From the NCBI RefSeq assembly GCF_036365525.1, contig NC_090404.1, positions 3,782,001 through 3,846,000 of the forward strand: a stretch of 64,000 bases of DNA, written 5' to 3'. The translations under genes and the position numbers were made by a program. Of the stretch, positions 12,241 through 24,639 are shown piece after piece. The stretch is from Heterodontus francisci. Its lineage: Eukaryota. Under the pieces are notes generated by a model. That model was not told the origin of the DNA, did no database searches, and saw nothing but the letters and a program-made list of their open reading frames with translations. How positions within the stretch are numbered: the first letter of the stretch is position 1; each line of letters opens with the position of its first letter.

Positions 12241-14240
12241 GGATGATCCATCTCAGCCTCCTCCTGAGGTCCCCAGCATCATCATCTTCAGCCAAACTGA
12301 TTCACTCCACATGATATCAAGAAAAGGCTGAAGGCACTGGACAATACAAAGACTATGGGACTTGACAACATCTCGGCTGCAGTACTGAAGACTTGTGCTC
12401 CATTTCTGGCCCCGTCCCAAGCCAAGCTGTTCCAGAACAGATACAGCACTGGCATCTACCCAACAATGTGGAAAATTGCCCAGGTATGTCCCATCCACAA
12501 AAGGGACAAATCACATCTGGCCAATTACCGCCCCATCAGTCCATTCGCAACTATCAGCAAAGTGATGGAAGGTGTCATTGACAGTGCTATCAAGCAAAGA
12601 CGGAGGTTGAGGGGGGACCTGATTGAGGTGTACAAAATCATGAGAGGTATAGACAGGGTGGATAGCAAGAGGCTTTTTCCCCAGAGTGGGGGATTCAATT
12701 ACTAGAGGACACGAGTTCAAAGTGAAAGGGGAAAAGTTTAGGGGGGATATGCGTGGAAAGTTCTTTACGCAGAGGGTGGTGGGTGCCTGGAACGCGTTGC
12801 CAGCGGAGGTGGTAGATGCGGGCACGATGGCGTCTTTTAAGATGTATCTAGACAGATACATGAATGGGCAGGAAGAAAAGAGATACAGAACCTTAGAAAA
12901 TAGGCGACATGTTTAGAGAGAGGATCTGGATCGGCGCAGGCTTGGAGGGCCGAAGGGCCTGTTCCTGTGCTGTAATTATCTTTGTTCTTTGTACCACTTA
13001 AACAGTAATAAGCTACTTATGATGTTCAATTTGGGTTTCACCAGGGCCACTTGGCTCCTGACCTCATTACAGCCTTGGTCAACCATAGACAAAAGAGCTG
13101 ATCTCAAGCTGTGAGGCAAGAGTGATTACCCTGGATATCAGCATTTGACCAAGTGTGGTATCAAGGAGCCCTGGCCAAACTGAAGTCAATGGGAATCAAG
13201 GGGAAAACTCTCCACTGGTTGGAGTCATACTGAGCAAAAATGAAGATGATTGTGGTTGTTGGAGGCCAATCATCTCAGCCCCAGGACATGATTGCAGGAG
13301 TTCCTCAAGGTAATGTCTTAAACCCAACCATCTTCAGTTCAATGACCTTCCCATCATCATAAGGTCAGAAGTGAGGGTGTTCGCTGATGATTGTATGATC
13401 AGTACTATTCACAACTCCTCAGATACTGAAACAGTCCGTGTCCATATGCAGCAAGACCTGGACAACATTCAGGCTTGGGCTGCTAAGTGGTAAGTAACAT
13501 TTGTGTCACACAAGTGCCAGGCAATGACCATCTCCAACAAGAGAGAATCTAGCCATCTCTCCTTGACATTGAACAGCATTACCGTTGCTGAATCCCCCAC
13601 TGTCAACAGCCTGGAAGTTAGTATTGACCAGAAACTGAACTGGAGTAGCCATGTAAATACTGTGGCTACAAGAGCAGGTCAGAGACTGGGAATTTTGTAG
13701 CGAATCACTCACTTGCTGACTGTCGAATGCCTGTCCATCATCTACAAGGCACAAGTCAGGAGTGTGATGGAATACTCTCCACTTGCCTGGATGGGTGCAG
13801 CTCCAACAACACTCAAGAAGCTCAACACCATCCAGGACAAAGCAGCCCGCTTGATAGGCACCCCATCCATCACCGACGCACGGTGGCAGCAGTGTGTACC
13901 ATCTACAAGATGCACTGCAACAATTCACCAAGGTTCCTTTGACAGCACCTTCTAAACCCGCGACCTCCATCACCTAGAAGGACAAGAGTAGCAGACGCAT
14001 GAGAACACCACCACCTGCAAGTTCCCCTCCAAGCCACACACCATCCTGATTGGAACTAGATCGCCGTTCCTCATGGTCACTAGATCAAAATCCTGGAACT
14101 CCCTTCCTGAGAGCACTGTGGGTGTACCTACCCCACACGGACTGCACTGGTTCAAGAAGGCGGCTCACCACCACCTTCTCAAGGGCAATCTGGGATGGGC
14201 AATAAGTGCTGGCCTAACCAGTGATGCTCACATCCCATCA
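12241..14240 (+). mobile_element. Degenerate CR1-group LINE (second family), interrupted by a nested CR1 3' fragment at about 12597-12992
   Basis: ANYRPIS, GVPQG, FADD and IYKAQVRSVMEYS motifs with stops; nested piece RRLRGDLIEVYKIM...FFTQRVV.AWN.LP. Confidence 0.88.
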
Positions 14241-14254
14241 AATGTATGGTACAG

Positions 14255-14880
14255 CACCCTGTAATGTGGTGTCCGGAACTGTATGCAGTACTCTAGCTGT
14301 GGTCGAACTGGTATTTTATTCACATCTAGCATAACCTCCCTGATCTTGTAAAAAAGTGGAAAATGCTGGGAATACCGGCAGCTCTGGCACTATCTGTAGA
14401 GACAGAAACAGAGTTAACATTTCAGAATTGTAAACTTTCATCAACAGAAAATTCTGGAAATACTCCCTGTTCTTATATTCTATGCCTCAGCTAATAAAGG
14501 AAAGTATCCCGTTTGCATTCTTAACCACTTTATCTACCTGTCCTGCTACCTTCAGGGATCGGTACACATGCACTCCAAAGTCTCTCTGTTCCACTACACT
14601 TCTCAGTATTTCACCAGTAATATTGTATTTCTTTGTCTTGTTAACCTTCTCCAAATGCATTACCTCACACTTCTCAGAGATGAATTTTATTTGCCTCTTT
14701 TATGTCCACTGACCAGTCCATTGATATCTTCCTGCAGTCTACAGCTTTTTTCTTCATTATCAACCACACAACCAATTTTTGTATCATCTGCAAACTTCTT
14801 AATGTCTACATTATTCGTATATATAACGAAAAGCCAGCAGCCTAGTGCTGAACCCTGTGGAAACCCAACTGGAAAAAGGC
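14255..14880 (-). mobile_element. CR1 LINE fragment with a short Penelope-like repeat inserted at about 14350-14465
   Basis: Antisense FADDTK / CEVMH motifs; the insert matches the repeats at 49950, 57050 and 61110. Confidence 0.75.
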
Positions 14881-14946
14881 ATCCAGTCAGGATTCAGTCT
14901 GGATATGATTAATAGCAGCAATAACAGCAGAATCCAATCCCAGCAG

Positions 14947-15669
14947 TCACTTGTGAACTCGCCGGTGTCTCAGCAGATTGTTTGAATTAGAAAATCTCTT
15001 CCCACACACATAGCAGGTGAACGGCCTCTCCCCGGTGTGAACTCGCTGGTGTCTCAGCAGATTGCTTTTACTTTTAAATCTTTTTTCACAGTCAGAACAT
15101 TTAAAACGTCTCTGATCAGTGTGAACAAGTTGGTGTTCAGTGAGGTGGGATGACTGGATGAATCCCTTCCGACACACAGAGCAGGTGAACGGTCTCTCCC
15201 CCGTGTGAAGCCGCTGGTGTCTCAGAAGGTGGCATAACTGAGTGAATTCCTTCCCGCACACAGCACAGGTGAACGGCCTCTCCCCAGTGTGAGTACGTTG
15301 GTGCTGCTGAAGCTGGTTTTTGCTTTTAAATCTCTTCTCACAGTCAGAACATTTAAACGGTCTCTTATCAGAGTGAACCCGCTGGTGTGACAGGAGGTTT
15401 GATAAAGCATTAAATCTCTTCCCACATTCAAGGCAGGTGAACGGCCTCTCTCCAGTGTGAACTTGTTGGTGTGTTTTGAGGTGGGATGACTGAGTGAATC
15501 CCTTCCCACACAAAGAGCAGGTGAACGGTCTCTCCCCAGTGTGACTGCGTCGATGAATTTCCAGAAGGGATGGGCAACTGAATCCCTTCCCACAGTCCCC
15601 ACATTTCCACTGCTTCTCCATGGTGCGACCTGGAGAGACACAAGGATGATCAGTCGAAGCCTTGTCCAT
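14947..15669 (-). CDS. C2H2 zinc-finger protein, 8 tandem fingers, intact ORF (ATG at 15669 or 15621)
   Basis: Eight complete CxxC-x12-HxxxH fingers with TGERPF/SDKRPF linkers and no internal stops. Confidence 0.9.
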   Translation of the reverse strand: MDKASTDHPCVSPGRTMEKQWKCGDCGKGFSCPSLLEIHRRSHTGERPFTCSLCGKGFTQSSHLKTHQQVHTGERPFTCLECGKRFNALSNLLSHQRVHSDKRPFKCSDCEKRFKSKNQLQQHQRTHTGERPFTCAVCGKEFTQLCHLLRHQRLHTGERPFTCSVCRKGFIQSSHLTEHQLVHTDQRRFKCSDCEKRFKSKSNLLRHQRVHTGERPFTCYVCGKRFSNSNNLLRHRRVHK

Positions 15670-15859
15670 ACACAGAACACATGCACTGTTTTTTCCCACT
15701 GTGAATGGTGTGATCAATTTTCAGACTGTGTAACTAGTGAAAGATCTTTCCATAGTCAGTGCACTGGAACATTCTTACTCGGGTGTGTGTGTGTGTGGGT
15801 GCTTGAAATCTTTTCCACAGACAGAACAGATAAACATTTCTCCTCCTTCCTGGTCACTG

Positions 15860-16165
15860 GGACCCTGAAGCCCCGCCCATTCGCGGTGTCGTCACCGACA
15901 TGGGCACGCATGCGCTCTGCTCCCCGCTCAGCCAAGATGGCGGCCATTGACCTGGACCTGTTCCCGGGAAAAAGCCTCGGAGCAGCAAACGCGGGACCTG
16001 GATGTTCTTATTTAGAGCTTGCCGCCTACATCAGGTGTTTCTGAAGTTTCCTCGCCCACCCGCCGGCTCCGTTCCTCCCCTGCGCCCCGCCGACTCTCAC
16101 CCGCTGCAAAAGCATCTTCAGCACTCAGACAACTCTGATCAAAGTGACACTGCGCATGCGCTAAA
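15860..16165. promoter_or_regulatory. CpG island-like element with YY1, NRF1 and GC-box motifs
   Basis: CAAGATGGCGGC (YY1, about 15933), GCATGCGC / TGCGCATGCGC (NRF1, about 15908 and 16151), CCCCGCCC; homologous to 21650-21755. Confidence 0.65.
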
Positions 16166-16167
16166 TA

Positions 16168-18692
16168 CGCTCCCTGCCCAGCTCCCATTTCTCCTCCATT
16201 CACAGACGCTCCCTGACCAGTCTCCAGTTCTCCATTCACAGACGCTCCCTGCCCAGCTCCCATTTCTCCTCCATTCACAGACGCTCCCTGCCCAGCTCCC
16301 ATTTCTCCTCCATTCACAGACGCTCCCTGACCAGTCTCCAGTTCTCCTCCATTCACAGACGCTCCCTGCCCAGCTCCCATTTCTCCTCCATTCACAGACG
16401 CTCCCTGACCAGTCTCCAGTTCTCCTCCATTCACAGACGCTCCCTGCCCAGCTCCCATTTCTCCTCCATTCACAGACGCTCCCTGACCAGTCTCCAGTTC
16501 TCCTCCATTCACAGACGCTCCCTGCCCTGCTCCCATTTCTCCTCCATTGACAGACGCTCCCTGCCCTGCTCCCATTTCTCCTCCATTCACAGACGCTCCC
16601 TGACCAGTCTCCTGTTCTCCTCCATTCACAGACGCTCCCTGCCCTGCTCCCATTTCTCCTCCATTCACAGACGCTCCCTGACCAGTCTCCAGTTCTCCTC
16701 CATTCACAGACGCTCCCTGCCCAGCTCCCATTTCTCCTCCATTCACAGACGCTCCCTGACCAGTCTCCAGTTCTCCTCCATTCACAGACGCTCCCTGCCC
16801 AGCTCCCATTTCTCCTCCATTCACAGACGCTCCCTGACCAGTCTCCAGTTCTCCTCCATTCACAGACGCTCCCTGCCCAGCTCCCATTTCTCCTCCATTC
16901 ACAGACGCTCCCTGACCAGTCTCCAGTTCTCCTCCATTCACAGACGCTCCCTGCCCTGCTCCCATTTCTCCTCCATTGACAGACGCTCCCTGCCCTGCTC
17001 CCATTTCTCCTCCATTCACAGACGCTCCCTGACCAGTCTCCAGTTCTCCTCCATTCACAGACGCTCCCTGCCCTGCTCCCATTTCTTCTCCATTTACAGA
17101 CACTCCCTGACCAGTCTCCAGTTCTCCTCCATTTACAGACGCTCCCTGACCAGTCTGCAGTTCTCCATTCACAGACGCTCCCTTCCCTGCTCCCATTTCT
17201 CTTCCATTTACAGACGCTCCCTGCCCTGCTCCCATTTCTCCTCCATTCACAGACGCTCCCTGCCCTGCTCCCATTTCTCCTCCATTCACAGACGCTCCCT
17301 GACCAGTCTCCCGTTCTCCTCCATTCACAGACGCTCCCTGCCCTGCTCCCATTTCTTCTCCATTTACAGACACTCCCTGACCAGTCTCCAGTTCTCCTCC
17401 ATTCACAGACGCTCCCTGCCCAGCTCCCATTTCTCCTCCATTCACAGACGCTCCCTGACCAGTCTCCAGTTCTCCTCCATTCACAGACGCTCCCTGCCCT
17501 GCTCCCATTTCTCCTCCATTGACAGACGCTCCCTGCCCAGCTCCCATTTCTCCTCCATTCACAGACGCTCCCTGCCCAGCTCCCATTTCTCCTCCATTCA
17601 CAGACGCTCCCTGACCAGTCTCCAGTTCTCCTCCATTCACAGACGCTCCCTGCCCTGCTCCCATTTCTTCTCCATTTACAGACACTCCCTGACCAGTCTC
17701 CAGTTCTCCTCCATTTACAGACGCTCCCTGACCAGTCTGCAGTTCTCCATTCACAGACGCTCCCTTCCCTGCTCCCATTTCTCTTCCATTTACAGACGCT
17801 CCCTGCCCTGCTCCCATTTCTCCTCCATTCACAGACGCTCCCTGCCCTGCTCCCATTTCTCCTCCATTCACAGACGCTCCCTGACCAGTCTCCCGTTCTC
17901 CTCCATTCACAGACGCTCCCTGCCCTGCTCCCATTTCTCCTCCATTCACAGACGCTCCCTGACCAGTCTCCAGTTCTCCTCCATTCACAGACGCTCCCTG
18001 CCCTGCTCCCATTTCTTCTCCATTTTCAGACACTCCCTGCCCTGCTCCCATTTCTTCTCCATTTACAGACACTCCCTGACCAGTCTCCAGTTCTCCTCCA
18101 TTTACAGACGCTCCCTGACCAGTCTGCAGTTCTCCATTCACAGACGCTCCCTTCCCTGCTCCCATTTCTCCTCCATTCACAGACGCTCCCTGCCCTGCTC
18201 CCATTTCTCCTCCATTCACAGACGCTCCCTGCCCTGCTCCCATTTCTCCTCCATTCACAGACGCTCCCTGACCAGTCTCCCGTTCTCCTCCATTCACAGA
18301 CGCTCCCTGCCCTGCTCCCATTTCTCCTCCATTCACAGACGCTCCCTGACCAGTCTCCAGTTCTCCTCCATTCACAGACGCTCCCTGCCCTGCTCCCATT
18401 TCTTCTCCATTTACAGACGCTCCCTGACCAATCTCCCGTTCTCCGCCATTTACAGACACTCCCTGACCAGTCCAATTCTCCTCCATTTACAGACGCTCCC
18501 TGACCAGTCACCAGTTCACCATTCACAGACGCTCCCTGCCCTGTTCCCATTTCTCCTCCATTTACAGATGCTCCCTGACCAGTCTCCCGTTCTCCTCCAT
18601 TTACAGACACTCCCTGACCAGTCTCCAGTTCTCCGCCATTTACAGACACTCCCTGACCAGTCTCCAATTCTCCTCCAATTACAGACGCTCCC
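16168..18692. repeat. 39-bp VNTR, about 64 units, two interleaved variants
   Basis: Units CTCCCTGCCC(A/T)GCTCCCATTTCTCCTCCATTCACAGACG and CTCCCTGACCAGTCTCCAGTTCTCCTCCATTCACAGACG; produces the stop-free 824-aa repeat ORF. Confidence 0.97.
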
Positions 18693-18804
18693 CGAGAATT
18701 TCCAGCTCTTGCGATTCCTCCCAGAGTTTGCCGCTTACACTGCACTTTCAGGCCAGGGTGAACCCAGGTGCCCGCCCCCCGGTTTATTCTCCCGCCTCCT
18801 CCAC

Positions 18805-18980
18805 ACCTCTTACCTGGCAGCTCAATGCCCAGGTGATTGATGAGAGTTCCGGACCAATAGGAAGACTGGAGGACGGAGCGGACGGCTCGTTTCTGCATCC
18901 AATCGCAGTGAGTGAGGGGCGGGGTTTATGGCACCAAGTAGGCGGGGCTGAGCCCGGATCTCCCTCATTGGCTGAAACTG
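18805..18980 (-). promoter_or_regulatory. CCAAT/GC-box promoter and candidate first exon of the 15-kb ZNF gene
   Basis: CCAAT at about 18854 and 18899, ATTGG at about 18968, GGGGCGGGG at about 18916; minus-strand donor CAG|GTAAGA at about 18809-18817. Confidence 0.55.
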
Positions 18981-21387
18981 CATCATTTTGTAACCTGATT
19001 TCTCTTCAACTCCAAGAGCAAACTGGCCCTTTCTGTTGGGGATTGAAACGAATGAAAACCTGGGGTGCGGAGCAAACATTGCAACATTTGTTAGTGAAAT
19101 GGGTTAATTTAGGACAGTCAGCAGGGATTATTTCAGGAAATAACACAGCGTGGTGATAGTTTATTTTGGAACTCTTCTCTTAAAGAATAGTGTCAATTAG
19201 TGCAAGGATTCACAGGCTGTTTAATGCTCCTTTAAGCTGATCTGTTGGTCAGTATTTAACTGAGTGAGTTTCATAGACTCATAGAAAGTTTACGACACAG
19301 AAAGAGGCCACTTGGCCCATCATGTCTGCATTGGCCGAGAAACAAGCCACCCAGCCTAATCCCACCTTGCATCATTTGGTCCATATCTATGCAAGTGGCA
19401 GCACTTGAGGTGCATATCCAGGCACCTTTTAAATGAGTTGATGGTTTCTGCCTCTACTACCCTTTCAGGCAGTGAGTTCCAGACTCCCACTACCCTCTGG
19501 GTGAAAACTTTTGATGAGTTCCCACAACTCACACAATGGGGGTGGACAGCCACAGACACTGGACAGACCTATCCTGCCTAAGATCAACCCACAGTGAGCT
19601 GGAGAGCCGTCTCCATTCACCAGGACTGTCTGGAGTGGGGTAGCTGACTCAGAGGTGGGAATGCTAACAGGAATTAAGTATTTATTAATAATCCTCAAAC
19701 CTACAAGTATCACACAACTGACTGACTCTCTTGCTTTTTATATCCACTCCATTGTCTAAATAAGTCTTGATTTTATCTTCCACAGCTGAATGTTGGCACT
19801 TAACGTCATCTAGCCAGTGCCTCTATCCTCTCCCAAACTCATGTTAATCACTGGAATTCTCTTCCCCAGAGAGCAGTGGAGGCTGATTCACTGAATGTAA
19901 TCAAGTCTGAGGGAGACAGATTTTTGATCTACAAGGAAGTCAAGGGTTTGGGGGTATGGGGTTGGGGGGGTGGTGTGGGGGGAGGCAGGCAAGTGCAGTT
20001 AAGGCCACAATCAGATCAGCCATGATGATGGCCTACTCCTATTTCTTATATTCCTATGTTCTTGAACCTGTCCTCATCCTCTCAGAATCAAATCATTCTG
20101 ACCCATGCCCAGAATAATCCTTACTCTGGAAATGAATGATGTCAGTTTCTTATTGATTGTGCATTCCGAATCTAATTAAGCCACTCCAATGTTCATTTGA
20201 ATTCAGTTTGCATTGAGGTTAATTGTGGACCATCACGCCTGCTTTTGTTTCCGTCTTATCTTCCTGTTCAGTCTGGTTTTGTTCGCATGAACTGTCTGTG
20301 GTCAGAATTCAGTTAAGGGACCTGTCCAGCTGCATGTATTGTCTCAGGGGAACTTGACTGTACCCCCAGTGCCTGCGTTAGTCATTCAGTCATTGTTTAA
20401 TACTCAACTTGTATTGAAGAAGAACATTTATTTTCCAGCAGGAATGGTGTGAAGGTTTGGGCACCAAACCACAGGAAAGATAAATCGGCCTTGGAGATGA
20501 GACAGAACAGATTCACTAGGATAGACCAGGTTAATTTGTATTCCTTTGGAATGATAAAGGTGAGTGTAGATACAGAGAAACTATTTCCTCTGCTAGGGAA
20601 TCCAGAACAAGGAGGCACAGAGCTTAGAGTGAAATCAGGAATAACATGTTCACACAAAAGGTGGTGGAAATCTGGATCAATCTCACTAAAAGGCTGTGGA
20701 TGCTGGGGGTGGGGGGGGGTCACTGAAATTCTCAAGGCATGAATCAATAGATTCTTGTCAGGTAAAGATCGCAAAGGAAATGGATCAAAGGCAGGAAAAT
20801 AGAGTTTGACTGCAAATCAGCCATGATCTAATAGAATGGTGCAGCAGGCTCAAGGGGGCTGAATGACCATTCCCGTTCCGATATTCTTGCTGCAGTCCCT
20901 CCAGCAATGACTATCCCAGGGAGGGGGCAGTTTGTGATGTCCCTGTGGGGGCTAGTGTGTTCAGTGTCTGACCCTGATCCGACTGAGATGGAGCTGAAGT
21001 GAAATTAAATCAACTGAATGGAAATATGTGAGCCCCACAGACATTAATGTTTTGAATAAGGAAAGCAAACTGCCGTCCTCCCAGACAACTTTAAAAACAG
21101 ATCTTAATTTAAACGTGTAAATGATCCTTAAAGGGACAGTAATCTTCATCTCTGTGGTTGGCAGTCAAAGGGACAGACAGAATTAAAGACAGAGTATCCC
21201 TCTGTGATGAGCGAGGCAGTTTGTTAAAACAAAGTGTGCAAGATCAATTCACTCAGACAAGCACCAACATTGAAAAGACTAGCTGGTTCACGCTGGCAAA
21301 AGATCTTTTAAATGTTCGAAAAATTAGAAGAGTTTAAAAAGCCAAATAAAAACACAATCTACAGGTAAATTAAACCACTCACTCAAG

Positions 21388-21472
21388 GGACAGACTGTTC
21401 ACCTGCTCTGCCTGTGGGAAATAAATTACTCATTTATCCAACCTACTGAGACACCAGCGAGTTCATATGTGA
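21388..21472 (+). pseudogene. Isolated terminal zinc-finger fragment
   Basis: DRLFTCSACGK*ITHLSNLLRHQRVHM*. Confidence 0.7.
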
Positions 21473-22036
21473 CTACAAAACTGCGGGGAGGCCGCGCCCC
21501 GGCCACCTGCCGCAGGGATGAGAATGTTGCTGAAGGGCTTCAGGCTCTGATAAAGGTCCACCGGTGAATCCCCTCTGTGTTCTGCCGCATGGCAGCTGGG
21601 GTAGGCCTGAGGCCCCATGTTTACCCTGCGGTGATAGGCCTGGGGGAGTGGGATCATTGACTGCCATCTTGGGCAGGGCGGGGTCTTGGGCATGTGCGGC
21701 CATCTTGGTGAGGACACAGAGAGTGGGCAGGGCTTCAGGGTCCCAGTGACCAGGAGAGAAAATCATTGACTCATTGATTTGATTCTCACTCTGCAACACA
21801 GGGGCTGGAGAACTGAACCCAGACAGAGTAGAGGGAGGGAGAAAACTGGCAGTGGAGGAAAGAGATGGTGCGATGGGTTTGGATTTCAGCACAGGGAGAA
21901 GGGAGAGTGTGTGGGACGGGGATTTACAGCTTTGGGGGAACAAGAGAGGAAAAAATGTTCCGTAGAAACTAGAATTGTCTGTTTAGAATTTCTATCCTGG
22001 ACTGACAGTGAAGACTTTTGTAAACTTCTTTTACAG

Positions 22037-22624
22037 TGTAATAGAAGAGGAGGATTTGCACACAGGAAACTAAAAGCAAACATCATATCAAGATCAGACA
22101 GAGTCACTTGATTCATCAGGACCTGCATGACATCGGCCTTTGAATGTGGAAGGAGAAATGTTTGTCTGTTCTGTCTTTGGGAAAATAAAATCAGACATCA
22201 GTGTGACTGGAAAAGCACCGAGACACACACACCCGAGTGAGAGTGTTCCAGTGCACTGACTGTGGAAAGAGCTTTAACCAGTTACACAGCCTGATAAACC
22301 AATGACATTGGGGAGAAACTGCATACCTGTGCGTGGACAAGGCTTCAACTTTTCATCCAACCTGGAGCGGCACAAGGACCCCCGCACCGCAGAGAAACCG
22401 TGGAAATGTGGGGACTGTGGGAAGGGATTCAATTACCCATCCCAGCTGGAAATTCATCGATGCAGTCACACCGGGGAGAGGTCATTCACCTGCTCTGTAT
22501 GTGGGAAGGGATTCACCCATTCATATAACCTTCTGACACACCAGTGAGTTCACACTGCGCCATGTGTGGGAAGGGATTTACTCATTTATCCAACCCGCTG
22601 AATCACCAGCGCGTTCACAAGTGA
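22037..22624 (+). pseudogene. C2H2 zinc-finger pseudogene exon
   Basis: Acceptor ttttacag ends at 22036; [37 protein letters not shown]; stops and frameshifts (TGA 22545-22547). Confidence 0.85.
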
Positions 22625-23276
22625 CTGTAAGGGTTGGATTCTGCTGTTATTGCTGCTGTTAATCACATCCACCACTGAACCATGTGCATTCTGACATTCT
22701 TGATTCATTGCTGAGGTTTCATATTCCGATATCTGTGAAAATAATCAGCTTTGGTTTAAACACCTTGCTGTAGATTTTTGTCTTTCCCACCTTGAGTGTT
22801 TAGCATCACTTGGCTGGAGCTCAGAAAGGACAATCTGAGGGAGGATCGTACGGCAGGAACAGAATTTCAGTCTGAACACAGTCCGTCAGGGGCACACTGA
22901 GAGGGACAAACGGCACTTTGGTCTTTCTCATCTCTACACTGATCGCAATATCCCCATGTGGGTTAATCCTGAAGTGTGTATGAAATGTGTCCCAGACGCT
23001 GTCTTCCATGGTTCAGAGCTCCTGGGCTCGGAACAGAAGGCTCCTTTTACAACTGTGTTTAGAGTCAGGAAGAACGACGGTGAATGCTGGAAACATGCTG
23101 TCAAATCAGAGATTGGTGTAAAACTGTGATCTGTTCCTGACTGAAGGTGAAACGGCAGGTTTAAGATTCCAATATAAAAATGGTTCTTAATAATTCTGCA
23201 AAGATTTAACATGTTAGTGTGACAGTCCTGAGATGAACATTTTTAGGCAGGTGTTAATTTATTTAATCAAATCCTG

Positions 23277-24315
23277 TGTTACGTCCGAGGCGGGAGGAGT
23301 GCACTGTTAATTCAATCCCATCTCTCCACAGATCAGAACTTATATGTAAACTTTCCCACTTACCAAAACTGTCAATCAAATACTCTATTTTTCCTCCCGA
23401 ATAAAGCACACCAACCAGGTTTCTTTAATAAACAACAAAACTATCCGTTTATCATAAACCAAGTCTTAACCAATAATGAAGTAAACATATGCACAAAGTG
23501 AATTATTTATCCTAGCCCTCACGCATACACTCACAACCGGCTAACTGGAAACAAAAGGATTTTTTGTTTACAGCTGTTATAAAGAAATAGAAGGAAATAA
23601 AAAAAAAACTTAGACTGAAAAGAAGTTATGGAAATCCTTTGTTTTGGCGAGGTGTCCCAAAAGGGAATCTTCCTAGAACAGTTCTTTCCAGCGATGTTGA
23701 TGATATGTTTGGGTAAACTTTCAAAGAGATTCAGCACAGAAAGCTTCACATGGCTCTTACATCATGTGTGCAGCAATAAAGGTTTCAATTCTCACATTCA
23801 ATACAAAGTTCCTTCAAAGATGCAAGATTTCTCCAAACAAGCAGGATTTCTTCAAATAGAGGAGGCAACAGTACAACTTGATGCAGGAATTCTGTAAAGA
23901 TGCAGGGATTCTTCAAAGAGAGAGAGAGAGATATCAGCTGTCTTCTCCTGGCAGGCACACAGTAACTCCTCCTTTCTGTGTTTTTTTTTTCAGGCCAAAT
24001 AACAACTGGCTTTTTAACAGTTGAAAATGAAACTAAAACTCTTCAGCAGTGATCCTGTGACATCTATAAATCATGGTCTGTCACTTCCTTGTAAACATCT
24101 GTCCTTTCAGGTCATAACACACCCCCCTGCTGGGTTCTTTGCAAACAGGTGCGTTCCAGTAAAAACTTGTCTACTTTCAGTCCAAACGTTCTGATAACTT
24201 TAAAGAAAAACACCCAAAGTTCAGTTTCTTGAAGATTCCAGCATCCATGGAATCCTTTTCACTTTTTAAAATATGGATTCTCAAATTTTAACAAAAACTA
24301 GAAATCCTCATAACA
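23277..24315. mobile_element. Solo LTR (Gypsy/ERV-type), about 1.04 kb
   Basis: Ends TGTTA...TAACA, flanked by 4-bp TSD CCTG (23273-23276 and 24316-24319). Confidence 0.85.
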
Positions 24316-24639
24316 CCTGCTTCAAATAAATTGTCTGAAGTCTGCATGAAAAGAGCAGATGGAGGGTTTCAAAAGAGCTTGTTAACTTGGTACAATTATA
24401 CAACAGTTAGATCTCCAGAAAGAAGGGAAGTGAGTGTGGGGATAGCAGAGGATTGAACAGCAGGGATGCAGCGCTGCAATGCTTTAAACAGGGAGTGCGG
24501 CCTCTGGGCCACAATTATAGGGCACAGCAGCTGGCAGTGTTTGTACCCAGATGACAAGGGAACGAGGCAACTGGACCCCAACTTGCTGCAAATGGTTTGA
24601 AATAAAGCTGATTTATTGCAGAGCTTGGATCTTTCTTTA

